This document shows, in pieces, positions 49,378 to 62,357 of a DNA stretch of 64,000 nt; position 1 is the stretch's first letter, and each line of letters begins with the position of its first letter. The stretch comes from Rozella allomycis CSF55 (Eukaryota): positions 157,389 through 221,388 of the forward strand of contig KE560848.1 of NCBI GenBank assembly GCA_000442015.1, read 5' to 3'. The notes beneath the pieces are model-generated. The model worked only from the letters and a program-made list of their open reading frames with translations, ran no database searches and had not been told where the DNA came from. The position numbers were made by a program, and so were the translations under genes.

Positions 49378-52300
49378 TTAGCCCTTCTTTGAGAGGAAAG
49401 GGATAGAGCCGAATTGTGCCAATGGCGGCAACTTGTCATTCTATAATAACAGCAAATAAAAAATTTTACCTTGGCGATAATGGGCTTCGTTTTGAATATT
49501 TTGTTGTAATTCTCTTCTCTATTTGAGAGTTCTAGCTTTACAAAATCCAATTCGCTCTATTCACAATCAATTTATGTATTACTTTTAAAAGAACAATTTG
49601 TTTCTTTTTGAAATCGCAATCATTTTTTAATTGATTGATCAAAGTTATGTCTTTTTCTCTTGGTGGCCTTGAATCAAACTTTTGCTTCCACTCCTGAACT
49701 TGATCCTGTAGTATCGATATCTTTGTGTTGAGATCATGTTGAGATTTCGAAAAATCTTTAATTAAGCTTTCAAGATCAGATTTGTGTTGCAGATTTATTT
49801 CATGCAAAGATTTCTCGAGCACATTTTTATGATCTGCTTCTAATTTATCTAAATTTTCTCGATATTCTATTGTTAAATTAGCAACTTTCTTTTCCATCTC
49901 TTCAATTGAAGAGGTTCGATTTACAAGTTGGTGATTTAATTGTTGGTTTTCATTCTTTATAAATTAAATATATAAAATTTACAAGCAGGTCTTTTATTTT
50001 AGAATTAAGATCTCTTGATTTTTGTTCAAGTTCTTTTTGCGATAAAATCAATCGATTTTCGATTTCTGTTAAGCTTTTTTCATACTTGGATATTTCCATA
50101 TTCTTTTCGTTTAACTCTTTTAGATTCTCACTTTTCAGTTCTTCAATTTGACGTTTTAATTGATTGACTTGCATTAAAGTCTCTTCTTTGTAGACATTGT
50201 TCTGCTATAAATTAAATATTAAATTTACTTTATTCATTTGAGTAATTTTCAATTCTTTTAATTCAGTTTCCAAAGAAATTATTCTGCTTTCGTATTCTGA
50301 CTGAATTTCCTCTTGCTTCTTTGTAAATTCTTTAAACCTTTGATTCTCAGACCCTAAAATTTTATTAATTTCATTTTGATTTTCTTTTTGAAGGTCATTT
50401 TTTATTCTTTCAATTTCAATTTTGTGATTTTCTAATGCCGCTTTGTAATTTTCCAATTCATTCAAATTGACTTTATGGAGTGATTCTATCTCTTTTTTTA
50501 ATCTTTCGATTTCCATATCTTTTTCTAGTATAAATTTATTTTCATTTTTCATCTTGTCTATCAATTCTTTATTAATTGATTCAACTTTGTCGAGTTTTGT
50601 GGCATACAATTGAGAATCTAATTCAAGTTTAATGATTTGGTCCTTTTAAAATAAAAATTAAAAATTACATCCAGAGTTTGCTTTATTAATTTAAAATTAT
50701 CCTCCAAGTCTTTTCTTTCCTGTTTAAATTTAAAACTCCTGATAGTTGAAAAAAGTTTATGAAATTTACATTTCAGTTTCAATCACATTTCTTTGATTTA
50801 GCAATGAATGAAAACTTTCTTCTTTCACTTTCTTAATTTCAATTTCATTTTTCTTTTCTGATTTGAGTAAATTATCGTTGAGAATCTACAATTGACAAGT
50901 ACCATTACCTTTACATTTAATTCACTCTTTAATTGCATGATTTCATTTTTCTTTTCATCCAATTCTTTATTTTTTTCATTAATTTCCTCTATTAATTTAT
51001 TTATTTTATTTTCTTTGAAAATATATCCTGTATCCCTATCCTTTATTTCTTGAATCAAGTTTATTATTCTATCATTTAAATTTTGTTCTTTTTGTTTAAA
51101 TTCTCTAGTTAATTCATCTTCTCTTTCCTTTGAATTTAGTTCGTTCTCTCTTTGCCTTTTTTCCCAATCCTTCTCCCGATTTTCTCTTTCTTGTTTAAAT
51201 TGAACTTCTAATTCAAAATATAAATTCTGGTATTGTTTAATTTCATTATCTTTTGAATTTAATACTTGTTGAAGTTTATCTTCAGACTCTATTAATAGCT
51301 CCCTTGATAATGTGGCTTCTTCTTCAATTCTATGTGAATTTCTAATTAACTCTTGTTTTTCACTGGAATATTCATCTATCGTTTTTTGTTTCTCAAATAA
51401 ATCATTTATTAAAGATTGCTTCTCACTCACCACTTTATTTAAATCCAACTTTACATTTTCATGTAATAAATTCAATTCTTCAATTTTAAATTTATATTCT
51501 TTATTCAATTCTTTCAAAGAGTCTGTCAATTTATTTTCTTTTAACAATTTTTCGTTCAGGCTTTTATTTGTTGCCTTGACTTCGATATTTTCATTTTCAA
51601 TGTTTCTATTTGTCACCCCAGTTATAATTTACTTGATCTTTATTTCTTGCTCTTGAAATGATGCTTCAAGCATTTCAAGATCTCTTTTTGTCATATTCAG
51701 TTCTTTTTCTATTTTTTTAATCTCTTTTTCCTTATTCTCTAACATTTCTTCATTCTGTCTTTTCTTTATTTCTAATTTCTTGTTCTTTTCATTTAAGCCG
51801 TTCAATTGGTTCTGGACGGATGCAAACTCGTCTTCTATTTTCATTATCTTTCCATTTAAGATTTTATTATCTTCTTCAATCTTCTTTTTTTCAATCAAAA
51901 CCTTTTTAATCTCCGTCTTCATCATTTCCTTGTCATGTTCGAAACTTGTTTTATTCTTGAAAATCGTGTCTGTTGCTTCCTTTAATCTTTCTTTCATTTT
52001 TTGAATCTCTTCTACGTTTCTCTCCTTTGATGTTAACAATTCTTCTTCGTAGTCTCTTTTCTTTTGCTCAAAGTCCCTTTAAATGCTGACATACCATTTT
52101 ACAAATGCAGTTGAATTATTTTATCGGCAAATTCTTTCTTTATTTCTTCTTCTTTAGCCTCAAATTGCATCTTTATCAAATCAATATTCTTCTTCATTTC
52201 CTCCTTTGTTTTATCCAATCCAATTTTAAACGTCTATTATCATCATTAACATATTTTACTTTTAAATTTTCACTCTCAACCTTTTTCTTTTCCAGTTCTT

Positions 52301-52738
52301 CCTTTATCTCTTTACATTTCAATGTTTGTTTTTGTAATTGTTGCTCAAATTTGCATTTCAAAGCCTCAATCTCAACTCTGTGCTTTTCCTTCTCTAATAA
52401 ATTTTGTTTCTCTAAATCACTAATATTCATCTTTTCCTTAGTAATTAAACCCCTTACCTACATAAGATTCAAAACAGTTTTAACACCTTTAATAGATCAA
52501 CACTCTTTAGATGATTCTCTTGATTAATTTTAAATTTATCTTCTTGTTCAGATATATACATTTCGTTCAACTCGTTTTTATTGTTTAAAACGTATATAAC
52601 TTTTGTCAGCTGTGCTACCTTTTTAGACAGCTTATACAAAATATCCCCATAAAATGGGTGAAGATTTGGTCGGTTCGTAAATCCCTGTCTTTCATCAAAC
52701 ACAATTTGTGGTAGGTCAAATGAAAATTGTTGTCGCAT
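49378..52738 (-). CDS. FAM184: FAM184-family coiled-coil protein
   Basis: N-terminal KLSKKVAQLTKVIYVLNNKNE; C-terminal SRPPREKD...KLELSNREENYNKIF. Confidence 0.8.
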
Positions 52739-52825
52739 CGTTGCTAGCTAAGTTTTCAATTTCATACAAAACAAATAGTCTTCAAATACCTAGTTTTCAA
52801 TTTGATACAAAATAAAACTTTAAAG

Positions 52826-52897
52826 TGCCCATACCCGGAATCGAACCGGGATATTAGCGGCCACAACGCTACGTACTAACCGTTATACTATATGAGC
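52826..52897 (-). tRNA. tRNA-His(GTG)
   Basis: GCTCATA...TAGCG-TT-GTG-GC-CGCTA...GGTTCGATTCC...TATGGGC-A. Confidence 0.95.
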
Positions 52898-53028
52898 CGA
52901 GGGATTTTGAAAATGTAAATTTATACCTATTCCAACGTATCTGATGATCTTGATTAGGTGTTTTCACCATTCTGAAATCAAATTTTGATTTGCACAATTT
53001 CTTACAAATTGTTGTTGTTTTCAATTTT

Positions 53029-55148
53029 ATGTCTGCTTCGTGGAAAACCTTACTGATTCCTCCATTAGAAAAGGTTGAACACGTAATTAAATTGCCACAT
53101 GGCGCATCGTATAGTGATCCCTATAACTGGTTGCGTGACGACAATAAATCGAATTTGTCAATTCGTAAGCTTCTTGAGGTTCAAAATGAATACACCCAAA
53201 ATGTTATATCAAGAACAGGAATTAAGGATATCGAAGTAATAGTATAGCCTAATGTCAATAGCATGTTATTATTCAAAAAACTGAAGAAAGAAAGGCGAGT
53301 ACCAGTTTCTGGACTATACCATCATGGAATGTTGGTGATTACGCATATTACTTTGATAAAGAAACAGGAGAAAATTTATTAAGACAGAAGGATGGAGTGG
53401 AAGAATTGATTTTGCAGACCAGTGAATTTGAAGGAGATTTAGGGCACGTTGAAGTCCACCCTGACAATACATTTGTCGCATTTGTAGTTGACAATAAAGG
53501 CGATGAAAAATATACATTACAAATTAAAGTTCTGAAAAATAATACGATTTTGCCCTTTAAAGCACCAGTTAGTTCCAACGAACGAATTGTGCAATGTATG
53601 AAATGGATTAATAATGGAAAAGAATTGGCATTTATATATGGCGAAGATGCTAGAAGCTGCAGGCTGTACAAACTTGAGGATCAAACAGACATTGAAATAT
53701 ATGTAGAAAAAGATGTTTCATTTGCGTTAAACTTGGAAACCACAACAGATTCCCTGTATGTTTACTTAACTAGCCAGAGTTCGTCGTCTAATCAAGTTTT
53801 CATATTTGAAATGAATGGACTGATTCCTGTGTTTGAAAGAGATGAATACACAGAATGCACTGTAGAGCATCACCACGGATACTTTTATCTTAATTATCAT
53901 GATAAAAATTGTTTAAATTCCAAAATAGTTAAAGTCGAGAAGAATTTTGTTGGCGACAAAAGCAAATGGGAAACTGTTATTGCCTGTAGGGAGGACACGA
54001 TGATAATGTCGATGAATGTGTTAAAGGATTTTTTAATTTTGGTAACAATGAAGGACTGTGACAAACAAATTGAGGTTTACGAAATTATAGATGGAAAAAT
54101 AGTTGTTGAAAGCGGCCATAAAATTTGTTTTCCTTTTAATGAAGTCATTTACACCTTTTTCTTTGACAAGAGATTAGATTTTAATCGGCCATCATTTTCA
54201 GTAAACTACATGTCCTATATTACTCCACCTTGCATAATTGAGTATAATTTAGTTTCTAAACACTGGGATATCAAATCCAAATCAAATTTGCAAAACTTTG
54301 ACCCCAATGAATATCAATCTGAAAGAGTGTTTGCAAAATCACACGATGGAAAACAAATCCCAATATCTATGGTGTACAAAAAATGTTTTAAGACAAGGCC
54401 TATGCCTCTTTTACTGTAAATATGTTATGTCTATGATTTTAGATTTGGCTATGGTGCATATTGGTCTGCTCAACAACCCTGGTTTCTAGCATCTAGAATC
54501 TGTCTTTTAGATGCCGGCTTCATATTCGCTACTGCTCATGTTCGGGGTGGAACTGAAAAAGGAAGGCAGTGGGCCATTGACGGACAAAAGCTCAAAAAAA
54601 TTAATTCATTCCTGGATTATATTTCATGTGCAGAACATTTAATTGATATAGAGTATGCTTGCAGGAATAAGATTACAGGATGGGGAAGATCTGCAGGTGG
54701 GACATTAATAGCAGGTGTTATGAAAATGAGGCCCGATCTTTTTCGAGCAATTGTATTGGATGTTCCTTTTGCTGATGTGATTACTTCATTATCTGATTCT
54801 ACTATACCCTGGTCTGAATATGAGAGGAACGAATGGGGCAATCCTAATATCAAAGCAGAATATGATGTTATGAAAGAGTACAGTCCAATGAATGATATGA
54901 AAAAGGCCGTGTATCCTCACATTTTTATTGGTGCTGCTTGGAATGATGCCAGGGTACCATACTGGGAACCAGTAAAATTGTTGGCGTTGCTGAGAGAATC
55001 TCAAATGGACAAAGAGAAAGTTTCTCTTTTGTTAACAGATTTTGAAGGAGGCCATTATTCATTGTGGGCCAATGGACAAATCCCACTCCGATGGGCTTTC
55101 TTGATCTGGGCTGTTGACGGAGACAATAAAAACTTATCAAATTTATGA
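53029..55148 (+). CDS. Oligopeptidase B / protease II (S9A)
   Basis: DPYNWLRD, GYGAY, HVRGG, GRSAGG, DARVPYWEP, GGH. Confidence 0.9.
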
Positions 55149-55166
55149 AATTTAAATTTTCTTGCT

Positions 55167-57751
55167 TTATTTATTTAACATTTTTTCAATGATAGATATG
55201 GCATGATCAAGTGGAATGTGTTCAGTAATCCAACGTCTAGGTGCCACACTCAAGGCATGTTTTTGATCAATTTGAACATCGAGAATGTTAGAGTCATGGG
55301 CGCCTGGGCTAAACCCGATTCGAATGGAATATTCAAAGCCCGAAGTGTTGGATTTAAATCTTTCGTAAACTTCAAATGTTATTTGTGTCAAATAATCCAA
55401 TTCATCCCAATTTCCAATACTACATTCAAGACCGCCAAACCTAACAATATTCAATAAAGCGTGAACGTGAGATTCTTTGGTAAAGTAGAGGCGCGTACAA
55501 GGGTCAGTGGCGTGAATTTTAGCTTCATTTAAATCATCCAAAATTTGAGCGAGTAAGCGATTGGCAATAATTTTTCCAATTTCGACCTTTTCTTCTGGGA
55601 ACAAACCGAATTCTTGTGGCGCAATAAAATCAAAAAGAATTTTAGCTTTTCTTATCAAATCAGCCAGGGCGGCCTTTTCATTTGGGCAATTTTGATTTTT
55701 CACGAAAATTCTTTCAAAGAATTCACGATGGTGCAAAGCGTCATATTTCAAAGAATCGTAAAGTTCAGACACTTTAGAAGGATCAAAGTTATTAATTTCC
55801 ACGTCACAAAAGTCTTTGAATAGTTTTTCCCAACGTTCTTTGAACAAAATGGAGCTTTCAGCACAACACCAACGATGGGACAGAGAATCCACGTCCAAAG
55901 TATCAAAATTAGATCTCATGACTTGTCTCAAGTCCTTTAAAGTGATGAAAACTTCGTCCAGAGTAACTCTAGGGTTTTTGAATTCGGGATGAACGTTGAG
56001 GAATTGGACATTCTCAGGGATCTCATTTGATAATAAAATAGATAATAATCTCTTTTTAACTTTATCTAGCTTCTCCTTTGCATCAAAATTGTCGTCCAGC
56101 ATTTCTTTTTTGATTGAAAGAAAGTCATCAGGGAGCTCAGCCACAAACATTAACGCTTTTGAAAAAATATCCGCAGTGGCCATGACTCTTCTTTCAGAAC
56201 TTGTGTAAACTTTAACATCATCAATCATTTTTCTATTCATTAATAATAAATCTTTTCGAAGGTTTTCACCAAAATCCTTTGAATGATGACGACCTGCATG
56301 GGTGAATTCTCCTCCCCATTTGACAATCAGTTGGGCCTTTTCAATTTCTCTTGATTTTGAGTAGGAAGGTTTAATTTGAACTTTTGTTCCCGGGCTCTTC
56401 TTTTTCTTTGATAAAATTTCCATTAATTGAAGCAACTTTGATTTCTCTTCAATGCCCAGCGACAAGGAAGCTTCAGCAGCCTTTTCAATTCTCTCCAAGC
56501 CATCGGGGTTTCTTATCATCGTTTCTTCCTTTCCCTTTACAATTAAATCAAGAAATGGCGCACTGGAAACATTAAATTTCATCTTTTGTTTAGGCGTTCT
56601 ATCAGCATGACGAAATATCGAAATGAAGCTTTTCAATTTCCATTGATTTTCATTCAAGGGTTCCTTCAATATCGTCGTTCGTCTTTTCCGAGCAATCTTT
56701 AAAAATGTTTGGCTCATAATTTTTGCACACATATCATAATAATTGTCATTCCCTTTAACAAAAGACCATCCATTAACGTCAATAACCATCGACTTCGACC
56801 CACATCGGACAAGGTCAAAGCCACAAATGGTCTGGCCAAATGCCATACTCACCCTACGTGCCAATTCTTGCTCTTCTTCACTCAAATCAGTTAAATGCCT
56901 AACCTCTTTCCCATCAGTATTCCTCCTAACAATCCCATCCACGACAGGCGATTTTCTTGTTTCTGCGTGGGCATAATATGGGCCTATCGTGTAGACTTTA
57001 ATATCTTCGGCTTTTTCAACATCAATAAACGTTTCATATATAAAAGATCCCTCCTTTCGGATTTCCCACTCATCGGGAAAAAATTCACTAGACTTGTTTC
57101 CAACTTTTCTAAACAGTTTTCGAACACCACCGCCCATGCTCTCAGGATAATAAATATAAATATTATGATCTTCTCCATCCACTGGTTTCTCCACAAATGG
57201 TTTCTCCAATCTTTGTTTGCCAACCATTATGGTATCTTTATCAATTTGGATTACATTTTCACGAGAAAAATTCGTCATGTTTCCCAAGTCTATTCCTAGA
57301 TTTTTATTCAATTCTTCTATCACACCCTTGTAATACTTTGGTCCCTCATCCCTATTCACAATTATTCGCTTCGGCGTAGGCACATCAATTGCATCCAACA
57401 CTGACAAAACCCATCTATACTTTGTTACATCCGTTATTACCTTCTATCCCATAACAACTGTTGAAGTGGCAAATCATTAATACAGAAAGGTCTACGCAAT
57501 GCCACATACTCTATAGCCTTTTGTAATGGAAATCCCTTTGAAAAAAATGAAATTAAAAATTGACACTGGGGCCATTCTTCTATGGGATCATCAAGAATAG
57601 TCTTGTCGCCAAAAATAACAACCTCAAAGTCACTCGTAGCAGTTATACGGTCTAAAATATTTCTCATAGGCTTAGAACGGGCTTTTGTATCCATTGCACA
57701 TACCCCTATAATAAGCTTACGCAAAGACGAAGATCGACTATTTTCAGCCAT
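55167..57751 (-). CDS. VIP1: PP-InsP5 kinase/phosphatase Vip1 (PPIP5K)
   Basis: IGVCAMDTKARSKPM, AETRKSPVVDG, RHADRTPKQK, TRLYFTKESH. Confidence 0.97.
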
Positions 57752-57789
57752 AATTGGAAATTTACAAAACACACCCATAGAAATTGTTT

Positions 57790-58416
57790 TTATTCATCAT
57801 CACTTTCAATTAAATTTTGCTTTCTAATACCTCCATATTCAGAGTAGTCTTCATTTTCTTCAAATCTAATGACACCAGATTTTGCAATTCTTCTAGCAAG
57901 TGCAATTGTCTCAAAATCATCATTGTTTCCAATTTCTGCAAAACCAACAATTTGGTCTACAGGCTTTCGATCTTTTACAATGACAAGAGTCGGCAAGACT
58001 CGAACACCTAATCGTTCACAAAGAAATGGACTCTTTTCAGCGTCGATTTTCACAAATTTGGCCTCTAAATGGGCTTTTGACAAGGCCTCTAAATGTCTAT
58101 CAAGAATTTTGCATCTAAAGGTCGATGTTCTATAAAAGTGACAGACCAAGTCTTTTGATTTTTTCCCTTCCTCGAAAAAGGCCTTTTCACTGAGCAGCTC
58201 GCTATACGATCCATGACCTAAAGATCGCCAATGTGCTTTTTGAAGAGCTGCATTTTTCATTTGTTGGATGCGTTGTCTCCTGATAGACTCGAGGCTGTTT
58301 TCATCAGCATTTTCAAGCTCCCTGATTTTCTCATCTATTTGAGCTTCTACCACACTAGCAGCTTGTAATATGGACTCTTCCAGTGCCTGGGCGTACATAT
58401 CAGGCATCCCGTTCAT
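57790..58416 (-). CDS. PLP1: Phosducin-like protein, TXNDC9/Plp1 type
   Basis: GHGSYSEL, VCHFYRTSTFRCKILDRHL, IDAEKSPFLCERL.VRVLP. Confidence 0.9.
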   Translation of the reverse strand: MNGMPDMYAQALEESILQAASVVEAQIDEKIRELENADENSLESIRRQRIQQMKNAALQKAHWRSLGHGSYSELLSEKAFFEEGKKSKDLVCHFYRTSTFRCKILDRHLEALSKAHLEAKFVKIDAEKSPFLCERLGVRVLPTLVIVKDRKPVDQIVGFAEIGNNDDFETIALARRIAKSGVIRFEENEDYSEYGGIRKQNLIESDDE

Positions 58417-58521
58417 TGTATTTCTGAAAAATACAGAATCTATTTGGTGCCTTACAAAAGAATTAAATGAATTGGTTATATGAAAGTGAATGTAATATAT
58501 TTTTATTCCCTTATGACAATT

Positions 58522-61500
58522 TTATTTTAGAAGCAAAGAGATAACCACTGCGATAATAAAAGTAACGATACCATATAGAGCTCGACTAGATGTATTTGGT
58601 ATATCTGAAACTAAATTGTTTGGCGTTGCATTTTCTGCATTCTTTTTTTCAGAGCTAGAAGGTTTCGAAGTTGATTCGCTGGAAATGTTTATTGCACTCT
58701 TTGTCGATTTATCCTCTTGAGTAGTTTGAGTTTCACTATGTAATTACCACTAAAAATCGTTACACTGCGTCAGTTAAGTCGTAATCATAATACGATTCTT
58801 GTTTTGCTGCCTTTCCATGGTTGCTAATATTCTCTTCGCCATACGGCATTTCAGTTGGACGTTTAGTATTGGTAGTTTTTTTGCTCTTAGCATGTATTCC
58901 ATTGTTATCATAGATATCATGATCATGGTTTTTTGTGCACCGAAGAGTTTTGAAATCCTTCTCGTCCTCCTCATCATTTTGTTCGTTATTTTCGTCCTCA
59001 GCTTCATTATCATTATCACCGTCATTGTAGATATCTGCATCGTAGTCATCTAATGAATCTCTATCATTTTTGCTACCCTCGTTTTCACTTTTATTGTCTT
59101 CTGTCGNTATAATTATTGCCTTTACATGTTTTAGTATGAGTAATTGTAGTTTTAGCGCCATCTACTGTTACTATTGTGGTTTTTGTTGAAGTGACAGTGC
59201 TATTTTCAGCATCCTCGTTCTCGTCATCTTTTTCATTGTTGTTGTAGCCATCATTGTCATCATTTTCATCTTCTTCTTCGTCGTTTCCATCCTCGTTATC
59301 ATTTTTATCGTCTAACAAATTGAAATTTTATCGTTACAAGTTTTAGTGTGGGTAATGGTTNGTTCGGCGCAATTATGGTAATCGTCTAATAGAGAATTTT
59401 TATTATCTTTACATGTTTTAGTATGGGTAATTGTAGTTGTAGCGCCATCTACTGTTACTATTGTAGTTTTTGTTGAAGTGACAGTGCTATTTCCAGCATC
59501 TTCGTTCTCGTCATCTTTTTCATTGTTGTTGTAGCCATTATCGTCATCATTTTCATCTTCTTCTTCGTCGTTTCTATCCTCGTAATCATTGTTATCATCT
59601 AACAAATTGAAATTTTATCGTTACAAGTTTTAGTGTGGGTAATGGTTGTTGTAGTGCCACCAACCGTTACTATCAATGTTTTCGTTGAAGTGACAGTGCT
59701 ATCACCGCCCTCTTCTCCGTCATTTTTTTCATTCTCATCATTTCCATCTTCATCTTCGTCATTATCGTTGTCGTCAAAGTCAATATTTCCATCATCTAAC
59801 AAAATGTAATTTTATCTTTACATATTTGTGTGTCATCGCTGACGTCATCTTCTTCATTGCTATCGTTGTGGAAGTCATCATTNCTAACAAAATCTAGCTT
59901 GATCTTTACATATTTGTGTGCGTGTAATAGTCGTTGTAGTGCCATCCATAGTTAATATTTTAGTTATCGTTGATGTGACAGTATTATCACTTGCATCTTC
60001 GCTGCCATCATCTTCTTCATTGTTATCGTTGTAGAAGCTATCATTGTCATCATCTAACAAAATTTAATATTATGTATACATGCCTTCGTGCGAATAATTG
60101 TCCTTGTAGTACCATCTAGGGTCACCATTGTAGTCATCGTTGATGTAACATTATTATCACCTGAATCATCGCTGACGTCATCTTCTTCATTGCTATCGTT
60201 GTAGAAGTCATCATTGTCATCATTTCCATCTTCCTCCTTGTCGTTATTGTCCTCGTCATCACTATTATCTTCAGCATTGTCATCATCTAACAAAATTCTA
60301 TATGAACGTTACAATTTTTGGTGCGAGTTATTGTCGTTGTAGTACCTTCATAGTTAGTTTTAGTTTTTGTCAAGGTAACGTTATTATCATTATTTTTGGA
60401 AGTTGTACTACTTTGTGGTGATCTTGAAGTGCTGCTGGTAGTGCCGGTTTTTGATTCAGCAAACGTGTTTTCAACTACATTTTCGTTTTCATCATTCTCA
60501 TTCTCATCTTCGTCGTTGTAGTAGTCTTTTTCATCCGTCCCATCTTCGCCTTCCTCATTATCGCTGCTTTCATTGTCATTATCAATATCATACTCATCAT
60601 TTATATCGCCTAACAAAATATAGTTCAATATTTACGANAACCGCCATCTTCTTCGTCATTTTTTTCATTCTCATCACTTCCATCTTCATCTTTGTCATTA
60701 ACGTTGTCGTCATAGTCATCATTGCCATCATCTAACAAAATCTAGTTTTATCTTTACATATTTGTGTGCGTGTAATAGTCATTGTAGTGCCATCTACAGT
60801 TAATATTTTAGTTATCGTTGAAGTGACAGTATTATCACTTGCATCTTCGCTGTCGTCATTTTCGTCATTGTTATCGTTGTAGAAACTATCATTGTCATCA
60901 TCTAACAAAATTTAATATTATCTTTACATGTCTTCGTGCGAGTAATTGTCCTTGTAGTACCATCTAGGGTCACCATTGTAGTTATCGTTGATGTAACATT
61001 ATTATCGCCTGCATCATCGCTGACGTCATCTTCTTCATTGTTATCGTTATAGAAGCCATCATTGTCATCATTTCCACCTTCCTCGTTGTCTTTATTGTCA
61101 TCGTCATCACTATTATATTGAGCATTGTCATCATCTAACAAAAATTAGTTTTGCCTTTACAAGTTTTAGTATGAGTTATTGTCGTTGCAGTACCTTCATA
61201 ATTAGTTTTAGTTTTTGTTAAGGTATCATTATTGTCATTATCTTTGGAAGTTGTACTACTTTGTGTTGATCTTGAAGTGCTGCTGATAGTGCTGGTTTTT
61301 GAGTCCGTAAACGTGTTATCAACTAAATCTTCATTTTCATCATTCTCAATCTCATCTTCGTCGCTGTAGTAATCTTTTCCATCCGTTCCATCTTCGTCGT
61401 CCTCATTATCGCTGCTTTCCTCGTCATTATCAATGTCATACTCATCATTTATATCGCCTAACAAAATATAGTTCAATATTTACGAGTGTGAGTAGCTGTT

Positions 61501-62304
61501 GTTGTAGCATCACTTTCGTTAACAGTGTTAGTACTTGTGGAGGAATGGGTAAAGTTTTCATCATGTGTCGAAGAGTTTGTGGACGTTATTGACGCGGAAT
61601 TATTCTCCGATTTTGTCGAACTGAATGTATTTGAAGAGTTCGAAGTTGTTGTATTTTCTTCGCTTTCATCATGATTATCTTCCTCATCATTATAATGATC
61701 TTTTCATATTCAAAGTGATGATTAAGATACCATGAGAGCTGTCATTTGAATGTTTGTTCTTTTCATCACATTCCTCCGTTTCCCCGTCCTTGTGGAATCT
61801 AAAATTCTTTTGGAAGTTGAAGTTGAATGAATGCCTTTGTTTTTCATCACATTCGACAGTTTCGCCATCTTGGTGTTTTCTAAAACCCGTTTTAAAAATT
61901 TTTTGTATATTTTGCGCCAAACTATCATGAGAACTCTCTGTGTTTTCTAAAACATTGCAAAATATTGATTACTAGAATGAAAAACATTATTGCTTCCTGT
62001 AAATCTGTGCTTATTAGTCTCATCGCATTCTTGAGTTTCCCCATCTACATGATTTCGAAAAGTGTTGCCTATGTTGTTCCAATCGTTCGTAACACGGTTT
62101 TGCCCATTAAAGTTACCCCCTTGGCTTTGTATCGGTTTTCTTTGAATCCCTCCTGAATTCATCGAGTTTGAATTATATGCTGAACCCTTTGAATTGTTGT
62201 CTGTAAATCCAATTTACAAATACCTTACCTGTGTTACAAGTGCCACAGCTTAAGGCAGTATCGATTAGAAAAAATATCAAGCAAATTAAGGTTCTTGAAT
62301 ACAT
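58522..62304 (-). CDS. Secreted, probably GPI-anchored Asp/Asn/Thr-rich repetitive surface protein with many cassette exons
   Basis: Signal peptide MYSRTLICLIFFLIDTALS; C-terminal ...PNTSSRALYGIVTFIIAVVISLLLK*; repeated exons separated by about 26-nt GTA...TTGTTAG introns; four Ns inside. Confidence 0.75.
59100..61483 (-). repeat. Tandem exon-intron cassette array with an approximately 850-bp higher-order duplication
   Basis: 60054-60636 closely matches 60902-61483; 59125-59311 closely matches 59413-59598. Confidence 0.85.
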
Positions 62305-62357
62305 TGATAAAACAACCGAAGGAGATTTATTTAACGGAGAATATCGTTAGTTACAAC

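Noticed and set aside
52751-52812. Imperfect 21-bp direct repeat agttttcaattt(c/g)atacaaaa next to tRNA-His
   Set aside because: Short and AT-rich with no cargo or integrase; not an att site
53029-55148. Possible bacterial HGT of oligopeptidase B (also considered for intronless HEM13)
   Set aside because: It has native micro-introns and host-like composition; both families are widespread in eukaryotes; no phylogeny available
7782-57827. Many antisense ORFs in the six-frame track (e.g. 7782-8192, 26798-27139, 56895-57299)
   Set aside because: Shadow ORFs opposite well-supported genes, with no recognisable motifs
59091-61476. Chain of short ORFs with overlapping stop/start, suggesting translational coupling or programmed frameshifting
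   Set aside because: The TTG TTA GAT 'starts' and TGT TAG 'stops' are the 3' splice sites of repeated introns
59100-61483. CRISPR-like repeat-spacer appearance of recurring catctaacaaaa
   Set aside because: Eukaryotic context, long coding spacers that are themselves homologous, and no cas genes
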